NCBI GenBank assembly: GCA_022009995.1
Contig: CP091734.1
Coordinates: 1,089,200-1,153,199, forward strand
Direction of reading: 5' to 3'
Source: Clostridiales bacterium
Lineage (GTDB): Bacteria; Bacillota; Clostridia; Christensenellales; CAG-917
DNA: 64,000 bases
This document shows positions 42,901 to 52,461 of this stretch, piece after piece. How positions within the stretch are numbered: the first letter of the stretch is position 1; each line of letters opens with the position of its first letter. The position numbers and the translations under genes are program-made. The notes beneath the pieces are model-generated. The model made no database searches. It had not been told where the DNA came from and was given only the letters and a program-made list of their open reading frames with translations.

Positions 42901-43119
42901 AAGGCGATCGGAGAAATTTTGGACGGCAACGTCGCGCCGTCTCCGCTCAAAGAGGCGTGCGGCTACTGCGACTATAAGGATATGTGTCCGTACGAGGGCG
43001 ACGAACGGTTTGTCCGCGACGGCTTCCCGAACATATCTTCGCCCGATGACCTTATGACGCTTGCAAACGGCGGCAAAGTCGAAAGCCGCATCGAGAAGGA
43101 GACGAACGAAGATGACTAA
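39916..43119 (+). CDS. addB: Helicase-nuclease AddAB, subunit B (RexB-like, Fe-S nuclease domain)
   Basis: 1067 aa intact ORF. C-terminal PD-(D/E)XK plus cysteine cluster (..CPYKQF.. and ..EACGYCDYKDMCPY). 8-nt overlap with addA. Confidence 0.85.
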   Translation: MSVKFILSNTFGFSADNMYRLIAKNVGNGRQIVIVPDKFSLAFERNILKKLGLTSTFDVDVTSFMRLAVKAMRGKNRKCLTPEGSVMLLKRAIDEVKNDLTVYKDVDDVTFPREMYAVITALRNSGVNAENTLAVDDEKLKDVGIIYEKYLEILHKSFIDSTSRLEAFSAGIGDEFSDADVYIFGFPDFTATQYEIIFRLFIHARNVTVGLIAPDDDAKNKRLYPSRAFKKLTSGLSDANIAYDVTYAFVGLDNVKKQLSNLFSYAKLPSVETDGKVEIIEAKNIMDEMEYVAKNIRRAVIEQKLRYKDFAVVVPSSDDYENDVRNVFTRYDVPYFLDKKIPFSSAPQARYILSAIRCASDGFDFSDVNALIKNPLFYKTPEGYESVQLFENYVLKNALSNKLCKKFKNEAAESVRKRIFDVTAPFSGLDGKDVKEYVAALNAFLENEKIKEYSETVSDEIKTVESKAAEQFYDKFVDIVDEMQVVLKNTTFSLYEFSETLKGVFENVKVALVPMYLDSVYVGQSNESFFDGIKIMYVCGAVEGLVPRSVANTAVLGVKEEESLLKNGLDLYPSKKESVKNNAFELISLLTKPEKVVVSYPVNYKGTEGRAAAFVASMTDYFTVGGSPLSPVRTDKKRALTKDEELKEYAFDTATYENGKYKLLLAKSAKSKVDAGSFFSLLPDEEKSYVEKLIETSDSQESVKINTSLDRGVFSASQLETYFACPYKQFLRYGIRLKPREEGVLRTLETGTLMHAIMEKFVKEKAYENPTDEIIASVCDRAVKEQLESPDFMQFDAAKNKLSFDRVKKEGAKICKEIAAQFQKSDFKPYLAEAKIGKKGEANFEGLKIKKDGKEYVLVGSIDRIDEKDGYFAIIDYKSYSKNLSLKDIYSGEKIQPVLYMDAAKNKDLKYPVGMLYQPVSVGYKTKGKNRFKMSGFIINNPDIISMMDNTLTAGKSSDFLPVSLKNDGTAGSRKNVVADTAFLAFEKYAEKLSEKAIGEILDGNVAPSPLKEACGYCDYKDMCPYEGDERFVRDGFPNISSPDDLMTLANGGKVESRIEKETNEDD

Positions 43120-46100
43120 GTGGACGAACGAACAAATTAACGTCTTTGACGCAAGCGGCAACGTTCTCGTATACGCCTCGGCAGGCAGCGGGAAAACGTC
43201 GGTAATGGTCAAAAAAATCGTCGACGACGTCGTAAAAGGAGTGCCTGTCAAGGATATTCTCGTCGTGTCGTACACGAAAGCGTCGGCAACGGATATGCGA
43301 CTGAAAATCATCAACGCGCTGTTCGACGTCGCAAAGGACGAAAACGTCAAAAACGTCGACAAAATCCGCGAAGAAATCGACAACCTTCCGTTTGCCGAAA
43401 TCGGCACGATGGACTCATTTTTAAGCAGGCTTATCAAGGAAAATTTCGAATACCTTAAAATCTCGCCGAAAGCGCAGCAAATGGACGAGACTGAGTCCAA
43501 GGATATGAAACGCCGCGCCCTGAAAAAGGTGATGAACGACGAATACGAAAAGCAGGCGGAAGATTTTATCCGCGTTGCGTCGCGCGCATCGGGCATCGTC
43601 GACGACACCCCGCTTTCGGAAATAGTGTTGAGAATTTACGACGCAATTTCCATAAATCCGCGTCCCGACGAGTTCAAGGCGATGCTGCTTTCAAGCGTCA
43701 CCGACAACCCCGACAGCGTTTACGGGAAAGTCATACTTGATTTTTACCGCGACCTTGCGGCGGAAACTTTGCCGTTTGCAAGAAGAGCGATTGACGTGAC
43801 CTCGCTCGAAGGCGCGCCTGTTTACGCCGCCGCACTCGGACATTCTGTGGAAACTTTGGAAGAACTTTCGGATATGTGCACGGCAAACGACGCGAAGAAA
43901 ATAATCGAAAGATACGTAAAGCCGAATTTCAGGGGAGGAAAACCCAAAATTTCCGACGAAGATAAGGCGCTTGTCGCGACGGCTCGCGACAAAACCGCCG
44001 AAATAATCGAGAATCTTTCCGAAAAACTTTTCGTCGATTACACAAACTATAACGTGAACGACGCAAAAGAATTTATGCGCGTCGTTATGCGCGTCGTCGA
44101 AGAATTCGACCGCGAGTACGAAAGACTTAAAAAACGCGAAAACAAAATCGACTTCGCCGATTTGTCGAAATACGCCGTGAAACTTCTGAAAGACGAGTCC
44201 CGCAGGGAAGAAATAAGACAAAAATTCTCGCTCGTGTTCGTGGACGAATATCAGGACATCAACCCGTTGCAGGAAGAAATTCTTCTGAAAATTACAGACG
44301 GCAATCTGTTTATGGTCGGCGACGTCAAACAAAGCATTTACGCCTTCCGAAACGCCGACTCCAAAATCTTCACCGACAAAAAGAAGTCGTTTGAAACGGG
44401 AAAAGCACAGGGAAGTGCGCTGCCGATGACCGCGAACTTCCGAAGTGAAAATGGCGTTCTGGAATTTGTCGACCGCGTATTTTCGGGGATAATGACGCTC
44501 ACTCACGGCGGGTGCGATTATAAAAACGAAAGCCTTTTCATAAAAGACGGATTCACGGGCGAAATGTCGAAAAACGCGCGCATTATGCTTGTGAAAAACG
44601 ATCCTTCGCGCGAAGAAACCGAAATTTCCGGCGTTTACAGCGTAATGTCGCACGAAAGAAACTCGTCGTTGGACGAAATAAGCGGTTATACGGAAGGCAG
44701 CGCGGTTGCCGAAGAAATCAGGAAAATAATCGGCTCAAAATATGTCAAAAGCGACAACTCACCACTCGAATACAAAGATATCGCGGTGCTTTTCAGGAAA
44801 AGGGGAAGCGGCTCGGACGGATTTTTGCGCGCGCTGACCGACAACGGTATTCCTTACGCCAGCGACGGCTTTATCGAAGGCGCGGGCAAACGATATATAA
44901 AAGAACTTTCCTGCTTTATAAAAGCGGTCGATAACTCGCTGGACGATATCGCGTTCGTCGGATTTTTAAGGTCGCACTTCGGAAAATTTTCGGATGAGGA
45001 CGTCGCGAAAGTCGTGAAGTATTATAAAAGCGATTTCGTTTACGACGCCGTGAAAAAATGCGCGGAAAAGCCTGACGAACTTTCGGAAAAATGCAGAAAC
45101 GCTCTGGCATTTTTGTGGGACGAAAGAAAAAGAGCGGCGTTTTGCGGCGTGAAAGATTTCTTGTACGAAGTGGTCGGAACGACCGCGTTCGACGCATACG
45201 TCCTTGCCGGCGAAAACGGAAAAGACGATATGACGGCGGTCAGAAAATTTATTTCGGACGGCGCGGCGTATTCCGATTTGCAATCATTTGCGGCGGCGAT
45301 ACGAAACGGCGACGACGACGATTGCACGAACCCCGACGACGAAGCGGACGCGATAAAAATCCTTACCGTCCACGCAAGCAAAGGGCTTGAATTCCCCGTC
45401 GTATTCCTTGCAAGGTGTGACGCAGGCTGGGGCGGCGAAGTGAGAAAAAGCGACATAGTTTTTGACAGGACGCTCGGCGCGGGCATAAAACTTTTTGACG
45501 AAGAAACAAGGTTAAAGGCAGATTCGCTTGCCTATACCGCAATAAAGCTGGAAGCGAAACGCAGGGAAGCGGACGAAAACATAAGACTTTTGTACGTTGC
45601 GCTGACGCGCGCGAAAAACCGCATTTACGTCACGGGAATGACAAATAAAGCGCTTGAAAAGAAGTTCGATTTCCCGACGCCGGTCATCTCGTCAATGAGA
45701 TTTTCCGACCTGATTACGTACGCCGCGGCAATCGATTACGGCTTATACGGGCTTATCGACTTCGTGGAGCCGACCGTTGAAAACCCGAATGACGTCGCAA
45801 AAAACGGACTTTATCTGTCAAAAGGCGACGATAAAACACGAAATGCGTTGAAAAATGTGCTTGATTTCGTTTATCCGTTTGAAAAATCGAGCCGTATAAG
45901 CCCGAAATATACCGTAACGGAGATAAACAGGCTTGTCCGCGACGAAGAAAACGAAGGATTCACGCCGAGTATGATAAATCCGTCGTCGGACAACCGCCGC
46001 ACGGGTATCGCGTACCACGCCGTCATGGAAAACATCGACTTCTCGACAAGCACCGTGAGCGAGATAAACTATCTTTTGAAAAACCTTGTCGAAAACGGCG

Positions 46101-46477
46101 TCCTTCAAGACGGCGACGAAGAACTTGTCGACGCAAACGATATTTTAAGGTGTATTCAAAGCCCCGTCATTCAGGAAGGGATAAAGGGCAGATATATCCG
46201 CGAAAAATCGTTCATGCTTTCGTTGCAGGCGGGGGAAGTCGGCGGCGACTCGTCCGACGATATTCTGGTGCAGGGCACGATCGACCTTGCGTTTTTTGGC
46301 GAAGAAAACGTCATAGTCGACTTCAAATATTCGGGACTTTCCGACGAAAAACTTGCAGAAAAGTACGCGCGACAGCTCAAAACGTATAAAATCGCCGTCA
46401 TGAAAGCCTACGACGTCAAAGTTGATAAAATCCTGTTATATTCTTTCAAAACCGGGCATTTTATAGATATAAAGTAA
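43112..46477 (+). CDS. addA: Helicase-nuclease AddAB, subunit A (UvrD-like helicase plus C-terminal nuclease)
   Basis: Walker A ASAGSGKTSVM, then ..FVDEYQDINPLQ.., ..LTVHASKGLEFPVVFL.. and C-terminal ..GTIDLAF...DFKY nuclease motif. Confidence 0.9.
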   Translation: MTKWTNEQINVFDASGNVLVYASAGSGKTSVMVKKIVDDVVKGVPVKDILVVSYTKASATDMRLKIINALFDVAKDENVKNVDKIREEIDNLPFAEIGTMDSFLSRLIKENFEYLKISPKAQQMDETESKDMKRRALKKVMNDEYEKQAEDFIRVASRASGIVDDTPLSEIVLRIYDAISINPRPDEFKAMLLSSVTDNPDSVYGKVILDFYRDLAAETLPFARRAIDVTSLEGAPVYAAALGHSVETLEELSDMCTANDAKKIIERYVKPNFRGGKPKISDEDKALVATARDKTAEIIENLSEKLFVDYTNYNVNDAKEFMRVVMRVVEEFDREYERLKKRENKIDFADLSKYAVKLLKDESRREEIRQKFSLVFVDEYQDINPLQEEILLKITDGNLFMVGDVKQSIYAFRNADSKIFTDKKKSFETGKAQGSALPMTANFRSENGVLEFVDRVFSGIMTLTHGGCDYKNESLFIKDGFTGEMSKNARIMLVKNDPSREETEISGVYSVMSHERNSSLDEISGYTEGSAVAEEIRKIIGSKYVKSDNSPLEYKDIAVLFRKRGSGSDGFLRALTDNGIPYASDGFIEGAGKRYIKELSCFIKAVDNSLDDIAFVGFLRSHFGKFSDEDVAKVVKYYKSDFVYDAVKKCAEKPDELSEKCRNALAFLWDERKRAAFCGVKDFLYEVVGTTAFDAYVLAGENGKDDMTAVRKFISDGAAYSDLQSFAAAIRNGDDDDCTNPDDEADAIKILTVHASKGLEFPVVFLARCDAGWGGEVRKSDIVFDRTLGAGIKLFDEETRLKADSLAYTAIKLEAKRREADENIRLLYVALTRAKNRIYVTGMTNKALEKKFDFPTPVISSMRFSDLITYAAAIDYGLYGLIDFVEPTVENPNDVAKNGLYLSKGDDKTRNALKNVLDFVYPFEKSSRISPKYTVTEINRLVRDEENEGFTPSMINPSSDNRRTGIAYHAVMENIDFSTSTVSEINYLLKNLVENGVLQDGDEELVDANDILRCIQSPVIQEGIKGRYIREKSFMLSLQAGEVGGDSSDDILVQGTIDLAFFGEENVIVDFKYSGLSDEKLAEKYARQLKTYKIAVMKAYDVKVDKILLYSFKTGHFIDIK

Positions 46478-46588
46478 TTTTTTTGCTGAAAAGTGCGCGT
46501 AATTATTTGCAAATAACTAATTTTATGTTATAATAGCATAGATTTGTAACAAGCATTGTTTTACTACGCGAAATAAAGGATGTGTTTT

Positions 46589-47763
46589 ATGGTTGCTCAA
46601 TTGTTGTCAACAGTGGAATTTTGGCAGGCTTTCAGCGTTCCCGAAAGGGCACTTTTCTGCGGTTTGGTTACCGTGCTCGGGCTGACGCTTATCGCATTCG
46701 TCGTATTCGGCGGCATTCTCGGAAAATTGTCGGGACGCAGGTTCATTAAATCCTGCAAAACAATCGGCAATTTCGCAAACGAATCCGGCGTTATCGACGA
46801 CGGTAATCTGGAACAGTTCGAGGCAACTTGCTTCAACGAGAAAACCGACAAAACTTTTATGGAAGGTTGGGAGGCGTTCAAAGGCGCACGTTTCGATTAT
46901 CCCAGCAAATACGTCGATTCCGACAAGATAAAGGCGAAATATTCCGGCAAAAAGTTTAAGGTCGGGCTTATTTCGACCGCAATCGCATTGTTTGTTTTCG
47001 CACTTGTTTTCGTGGTTTACGGGCTTGTTCAGGTCAAGAGCGCCGAAGGCGTCGATATCGCGGTTTACTGCGTGGTGCTTGCGCTCCCGATTATTCTTAT
47101 GTTGTCATACGCTTTCGTAAAGCCCGAGAAGAAGACCGGCGCCGCATTAGACCAGATGCTGGAAGACCTCGACACCGCGGTGAAACTCCAACGCCACGTT
47201 GAACGTAAGGTTGACAACAGCCGCCTGTACGAAATCGAAATCGCATCCGCGACGTCATCATTCACGAACAGTCCAAACCTATTCCTTCAAAGAAGGATCA
47301 ACTTGAAAAACAAAAAGCGCAGGAACTTGAAATGGCGGACGAAGACCTTGACGATATCCGCGACGAAATTTTCGCCGACGACAACGTTGAAGAGCCTGTT
47401 GCGGAAGAACCCGTTGCGGAAGAACCCGCGGCGGAAGAACCCGCGGCGGAAGTCGAAGCACCTGTCGAAAAACCCAAAAAGGTTATCCCGTTCGAGCCGT
47501 TCGTAAAAGTCCTTGACGAAGCCATTGAAAAAGGTTATTCCAAAGCGACGATGCGTAAAATGGCAAACATTCTCGTGCTTGCTTTCGGAAAATTCCAGGA
47601 GCCCGCTCAACGCGAAACCCTTAAAAACTCCATCAGAAAATTCATCGTCCATTACAAAGCGGCGGTTGAAAGAGAAAGGACGGCGGAAGCGGAATATGTC
47701 GCGGCAGACGCGGCGACTCAGCAGGAAGCCTACGGCGAATGGCAAAACCCCGACGCAGAATAA
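46589..47763 (+). CDS. Hypothetical membrane protein with acidic EEP(V/A)A repeat region; frameshift ~47238
   Basis: Three predicted TM helices, then a charged cytoplasmic tail. ORFs 46580-47506 and 47332-47763 join as ..LYEIE/NRIRDVIIHEQSKP.. Confidence 0.5.
47389..47452 (+). repeat. 15-bp coding tandem repeat x4 (GAAGA(G/A)CC(T/C)G(T/C)(T/G)GCG)
   Basis: Units at 47389, 47404, 47419 and 47434, encoding EEPVA-EEPVA-EEPAA-EEPAA. Confidence 0.9.
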
Positions 47764-47775
47764 TATAAACGCAAT

Positions 47776-47804
47776 ATCCCCGACAAATCGTCGGGGATTT
47801 TTTA
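47776..47804 (+). terminator. Rho-independent terminator
   Basis: ATCCCCGA / TCGGGGAT followed by T7. Confidence 0.8.
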
Positions 47805-48081
47805 TGCGATTAAAACGGAAAACGTCGCAAAATACGGCGGTTTTCTTTGAAAAAAACTCTTTTTTTCCGTAAACGCGGTTTTTTTCTTGCCAAAAAATTT
47901 TTGAAGTGTTATTATTTCATTATCTTTTTGAACACGAGGTGTTAATAATTTACTATGGACGACCCTTTAAGTAAAAAGCAAATCAATATTGTTGACACCG
48001 CTCTTTTTGCGTAAGTAATTCTTTCCTTGTACGATGAGCGCGGTGTCCCCGTGCTTTTATTTTGTATTGGAGGAAGGAGAA

Positions 48082-49050
48082 ATGCTTCAAATTTACTATA
48101 CCGACGAAAATAATCAGCTTTTGTCGCTTGACGTCGAAAACGGCGTCGAAAACGTCGATCTCACCGGAAAATGGATTAACCTTTCAAACCCCACGGACAA
48201 AGAAATCGAACTCGTGAGCCGCGTTACCGCGCTTCCCGAGGACTATATCAAAGCCGCGTTGGACGAGGAAGAGCGCGCCCGTATCGAAGTCGAAGACGGG
48301 AATCTGCTGACGCTTTTCGATATCCCGGTTATGGAAGACGACGAGGGCAGCGACTACTATACTTATTCGACCTTGCCGTTTGCTTTCATTTCAAACCAGA
48401 AAACCGTCGTTACCGTTTGTCTGAAAGAAAATATCATCACGCAAAACTTCATTATGAACCGCGTGAAAAGTTTCGCGACGTATAAGCGCACAAGGTTTTT
48501 GTTGCAACTTATGTACGTTTCAAGTACGAAGTTTTTGCAATATCTGCGCCAGATCGACAAAACCAGCACCCGTATTCAGGCGGAGCTGAACAAAAGCATG
48601 AAAAACAAGGAACTTATCCAACTTCTGGATATCGAGAAATCGCTTGTTTACTTTTCGACGTCCCTTCGCGGAAACAGTTTCGTCATCGACAAGATTCAGC
48701 GCACCGAAGGCGTGAAATTTTATGAGGAAGACCAGGACCTTTGGGAAGACGTTGGCATCGAAAACCGTCAGGCAATCGAAATGTGTAATATTTATCGGGA
48801 CATTCTGACGGGCACGATGGACGCGTTTGCGTCGGTCATCAGCAACAACCTGAACATCGTCATGCGTACGCTTACCATTCTGACGCTGCTTGTTGCGATA
48901 CCTTCCATGATTGCGGCGTTCTGGGGAATGAATACCGGCGTGCCGTGGGAAGGGAAACTGTACGGCTTCTGGATTGTCGTGGGGATTTCGATTGCGATTT
49001 GTCTGGTTTTGGGCTTATTTATGTTCAAGAATCGCGGCAGGAAGAGATAA
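48082..49050 (+). CDS. corA: CorA-family magnesium/cobalt transporter
   Basis: GMN motif in AAFWGMNTGVPW and two C-terminal TM helices. RBS GGAGGAAGGAG precedes ATG 48082. Confidence 0.9.
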   Translation: MLQIYYTDENNQLLSLDVENGVENVDLTGKWINLSNPTDKEIELVSRVTALPEDYIKAALDEEERARIEVEDGNLLTLFDIPVMEDDEGSDYYTYSTLPFAFISNQKTVVTVCLKENIITQNFIMNRVKSFATYKRTRFLLQLMYVSSTKFLQYLRQIDKTSTRIQAELNKSMKNKELIQLLDIEKSLVYFSTSLRGNSFVIDKIQRTEGVKFYEEDQDLWEDVGIENRQAIEMCNIYRDILTGTMDAFASVISNNLNIVMRTLTILTLLVAIPSMIAAFWGMNTGVPWEGKLYGFWIVVGISIAICLVLGLFMFKNRGRKR

Positions 49051-49064
49051 CACGGCGGTTAAAA

Positions 49065-49093
49065 TTGACATAAAAGCATTTCTTTGGTATAAT
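49065..49093 (+). promoter_or_regulatory. Near-consensus sigma-A promoter (extended -10)
   Basis: TTGACA (49065-49070), 17 nt spacer, TGG-TATAAT (49085-49093). Confidence 0.75.
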
Positions 49094-49095
49094 TT

Positions 49096-49126
49096 ACCCT
49101 GAACTTTTGTTCAGGGTGATTTTTTT
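49096..49126 (+). terminator. Hairpin plus U-tract between the promoter and the lipoprotein start codon; probable corA terminator
   Basis: ACCCTGAA / TTCAGGGT with loop CTTTTG, then GATTTTTTT immediately before ATG 49127. Confidence 0.6.
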
Positions 49127-50955
49127 ATGCGCAAAAAAGTTTTATTAAGTTTACTGATTTTAATAATTGTGGCGTCGGTGCTTACGGCGTGCAATAAGGG
49201 TAAGGACAAAAACCCCGCCGTAACTTACGGCGATATTTACGTGCAGCACGGCGGCATTGTGAGAAAAACCGATTACGACCACGATCGTTCGTTTGTCTTG
49301 CCCGAAGGGCTTATGCCGTATTACGAGGAAAAAGGCACGGTCAATACGTACAAAGAGTACGTCAACGCCTACGACAAGGAAAACGGCGTGTTGAAGGTCA
49401 GGAAAGACATCCTTGGCGAGAACGGCAAGGTCGCTTCGTCCAGGTACGGTTTCGTCAGCCTTAAAACGAAAAACCTTATCGGAAGCGGCGCGGTGTATTC
49501 TGCGGACTTTTTTGTCGAAAACGGATTTATCGGCGCGTACAATGCCGACACGAATAAATATGAACTTTTCAGAAACGACGGCACGCGGCTGAACGTTCCG
49601 GTGAGTGCCGATTCCAAAAAAACGTCCGAAATGTTTATGACGTTGTCGGAGGACTATTACGCACTTTCGGACGGCAATAACTCCTGGCAGATTTACGCCG
49701 CAAACAATTCCGTGTCGCCCGTTGCAGGCGGCAAAAAGTTTTCAACCTATTATTTCGACGAGCAGGCGCAAAAGGCTTATGACGTGTCGTATATCGTTGC
49801 CGACAATTACATTATCGCAACCCGTATGATAAAAGCGACGTCGGTGTTTTCAAAGGACGCTGTCGTCGACGTTGTCGCATACGACCTTGCAAGCGGCAAC
49901 GAAATCACAAGTATGTTCAATGGCGTCGGCGCATATTCGTCGGGCGCAATCCGCGCGGCGTATTACCTCGGAGGCGACAAATTTTATTGCTATGAACAAA
50001 CGTCCAGCACCAAAGACGACGGATATCAGTACAAGGTGCTGACCAAGCCCGAAGAGGAAGAAATCGACAAGCGATACACTTATTACAAAATTTCGGTGTG
50101 GACGTACGATATGAAATCGGGTGCGAAAACCCTTATCGTTCCCGACCGCATTTTCTCGACAATCGTCAATAAATATTACAAAAAGAGCGTTGGCCGCGAT
50201 TTGTCGGAATATATTAACAACGGATACAGTTGGGTGTCGGTCGCAATCACCAGAGACGCCGACCGCGTTGCGACGCAGGATCAGCAATACGTCATCGACA
50301 GCAATCTGAATATTTACGTTTCGCTGTCGGATAAGTCGGGCAGCGCGACTCGTTACGACGAAGGCTCCAACGATTATCGCTACGTCAAACTGACTTTTGT
50401 CGACGGCTACGGCTTTGACGAGGACTCCACTTCCGACCTTATTATCTATGACAAACAGGGCAACACCGTTTTAAGAAAAGAAGGCACTTACAGCAAGGTA
50501 TTTTACAACAACGGTATCGTTACCGCGGTCAAGGAAGTTGCGGACGGAAACAAGTACGTCGTCGCTTATAAACTTGACGGCACGGTCGTCTTTGACGAAA
50601 CGAGAAAATACTCCGACATCGTCGGAAGCACTTATAACAACGACCGTCTGGCTTTCGTCGGAAAGTACGCAATGGTCAAATAGGCACGACGTACCTTCTT
50701 GTCGACAACACGGGACGCGACATCGGAAATCCCACGGTCAGCGATATGTACACGACAAAAAGAGGCGCGTTCTTCTTCAACGGCGTGTACGTCACGCAGG
50801 ATAAAAAGACCTTGAAATTCGGGCTTAAAAACTACGACGGCGACGTTATTTTCGAAAATCGGTTCAAAGAAGTGATCATCGACGCGAAAAGGTTCGGCGA
50901 CGTGGCGTTTTACGCAAAGGACGAAAACGGAGTGTGGAACGTATACTTCGTATAA
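49127..50955 (+). CDS. Hypothetical lipoprotein (~608 aa, WG-repeat-like beta-rich protein); frameshift ~50685
   Basis: Signal MRKKVLLSLLILIIVASVLTAC. Recurrent ..YGFV../..NGF(I)GAY.. motifs. ORF 50746-50955 continues the reading frame (..GTTYLLVDNTGRDIG..). Confidence 0.6.
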
Positions 50956-51042
50956 TCAAGAAGGGCGCTTGACAAACGTTATCGTTTACGACGTTCCGGC
51001 AGATATTTTCGGAGCGGCGTTTATATTATTTATTCACGGATT

Positions 51043-52026
51043 ATGAAAACGCAGGTTATGGGAGCGGAAGGCATCGACCTTGCCGCAAAACTTATAAGAG
51101 AAGGAGAAGTCGTCGCATTCCCCACCGAAACGGTTTACGGGTTGGGGGGAGATTGCTTCAACGACGACGCCGTAAAAAAGATTTACGCGGCAAAAGGACG
51201 TCCGTCCGATAATCCGCTGATCGTACATATTTCGACGCTCTCGGACGTTTACAGGGTGGCGAAAGACGTGCCCGACGCGTACTTCCGCCTTGCCGAAAAA
51301 TTTTTGCCCGGCCCCCTTACGGTAATTCTTCCCAAAGCGGACGATCTGCCTTTGTCGTGTACGGGCGGGTTGGATACCGTCGCGGTGAGATACCCCGCGC
51401 ACAAGATGGCGCGCGACTTTATAAAAGCCACGGGAACGCTTATTGCCGCGCCTTCGGCAAACGTGTCGACGCACGTGTCGCCGACAACCGCAAAACACGT
51501 TTACGACGATTTGAACGGGCGTATTCCGCTTATCCTTGACGGCGGCGAATGCGAAGGGGGAATCGAAAGCACGATAATCACGTTGTGCCGCGAAATCCCC
51601 ACGATTTTGCGCCCCGGCATAATCACCGAGCGCGACCTTTCGGGTGTTCTAAGCGAAGTGGAATTGTTCAAGGGCAAGGTGGAAAAAGCCGAAGCCCCCG
51701 GTATGAAATACAAGCACTACGCACCACGATGCAGGGCGGTGCTCGCAAGTACTCCCGAAAAGGCGATTGAATTGTACGATAATGCAGTAAAAGACGGTTT
51801 ATCGCCTGAAATCCTTGCGTTAACCGAACATATTGCAATTTACGGCAACAGGAAACTTATTGATCTCGGCGGCGACGAATATGCCGTTGCGCGCCATATT
51901 TACAACGCTTTGCACGTTGCGGAAAACGACGCCGACTTCATCATCATCGACAACCTTACGGGCGGCGGCGTGTATGACTCCGTGATGAACCGAGTGATGA
52001 AAGCGGTTGCGGGAAAGGTGGAATGA
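51043..52026 (+). CDS. tsaC: L-threonylcarbamoyladenylate synthase (Sua5/YwlC type with Sua5 C-terminal domain)
   Basis: GEVVAFPTETVYGLGGD...KGRPSDNPLIVHI...SANVS. Confidence 0.9.
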   Translation: MKTQVMGAEGIDLAAKLIREGEVVAFPTETVYGLGGDCFNDDAVKKIYAAKGRPSDNPLIVHISTLSDVYRVAKDVPDAYFRLAEKFLPGPLTVILPKADDLPLSCTGGLDTVAVRYPAHKMARDFIKATGTLIAAPSANVSTHVSPTTAKHVYDDLNGRIPLILDGGECEGGIESTIITLCREIPTILRPGIITERDLSGVLSEVELFKGKVEKAEAPGMKYKHYAPRCRAVLASTPEKAIELYDNAVKDGLSPEILALTEHIAIYGNRKLIDLGGDEYAVARHIYNALHVAENDADFIIIDNLTGGGVYDSVMNRVMKAVAGKVE

Positions 52027-52457
52027 TGCGCGTGGTTTTCGTATGCACCGGGAATACTTGCAGAAGCCCTATGGCGGAAGCGATTTTCAGGTTTTACGCC
52101 AAAGAAAGCGGGGTGAAAGCCGACGTTTCGTCGTACGGACTTTTCATAAATCCCGACGAGTGCGAAACGCGCGGACAAGCATTGATTGCGGTCAGAAAAC
52201 TTAATATCCCGATCAGGAAGAAAAAGTCGAAAGTCATCACGGAAGACGTCGTGAAAAACGCCGACTACGTCGTTACGATGACCAAAAAACAAAAAAACGC
52301 ATTGCCGTACGACAACGTTTTTACTTTTTCGGAACTTGTGGGAGGCGGCGATATTCCCGATCCGTACGGACTTGACCAGAACGCATACGACGTGACTGCT
52401 TTCAGGCTGAAACTCGCGTCGCAGAATTTATTGAATATTATTTCGGAAAAAAGGTGA
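52023..52457 (+). CDS. Low-molecular-weight protein arginine/tyrosine phosphatase (YwlE-like)
   Basis: P-loop VVFVCTGNTCRSPMAE and DPYG motif. ywlC-ywlE order as in Bacillus. Confidence 0.85.
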   Translation: MMRVVFVCTGNTCRSPMAEAIFRFYAKESGVKADVSSYGLFINPDECETRGQALIAVRKLNIPIRKKKSKVITEDVVKNADYVVTMTKKQKNALPYDNVFTFSELVGGGDIPDPYGLDQNAYDVTAFRLKLASQNLLNIISEKR

Positions 52458-52461
52458 AAAA

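Noticed and set aside
47389-47452. Short direct repeats considered as a possible CRISPR-like or regulatory array
   Set aside because: The units are contiguous with no spacers, are in frame, and sit inside a coding region. It is a coding tandem repeat. No CRISPR array or cas gene exists anywhere in the window.
47880-48081. M-box (ykoK) magnesium riboswitch upstream of corA
   Set aside because: The conserved M-box segments as I recall them (for example UUAGGUGAGGCU and the 3' GCUCUACG core) are not present. Only generic hairpins are visible. Reported as an unclassified leader at low confidence instead.
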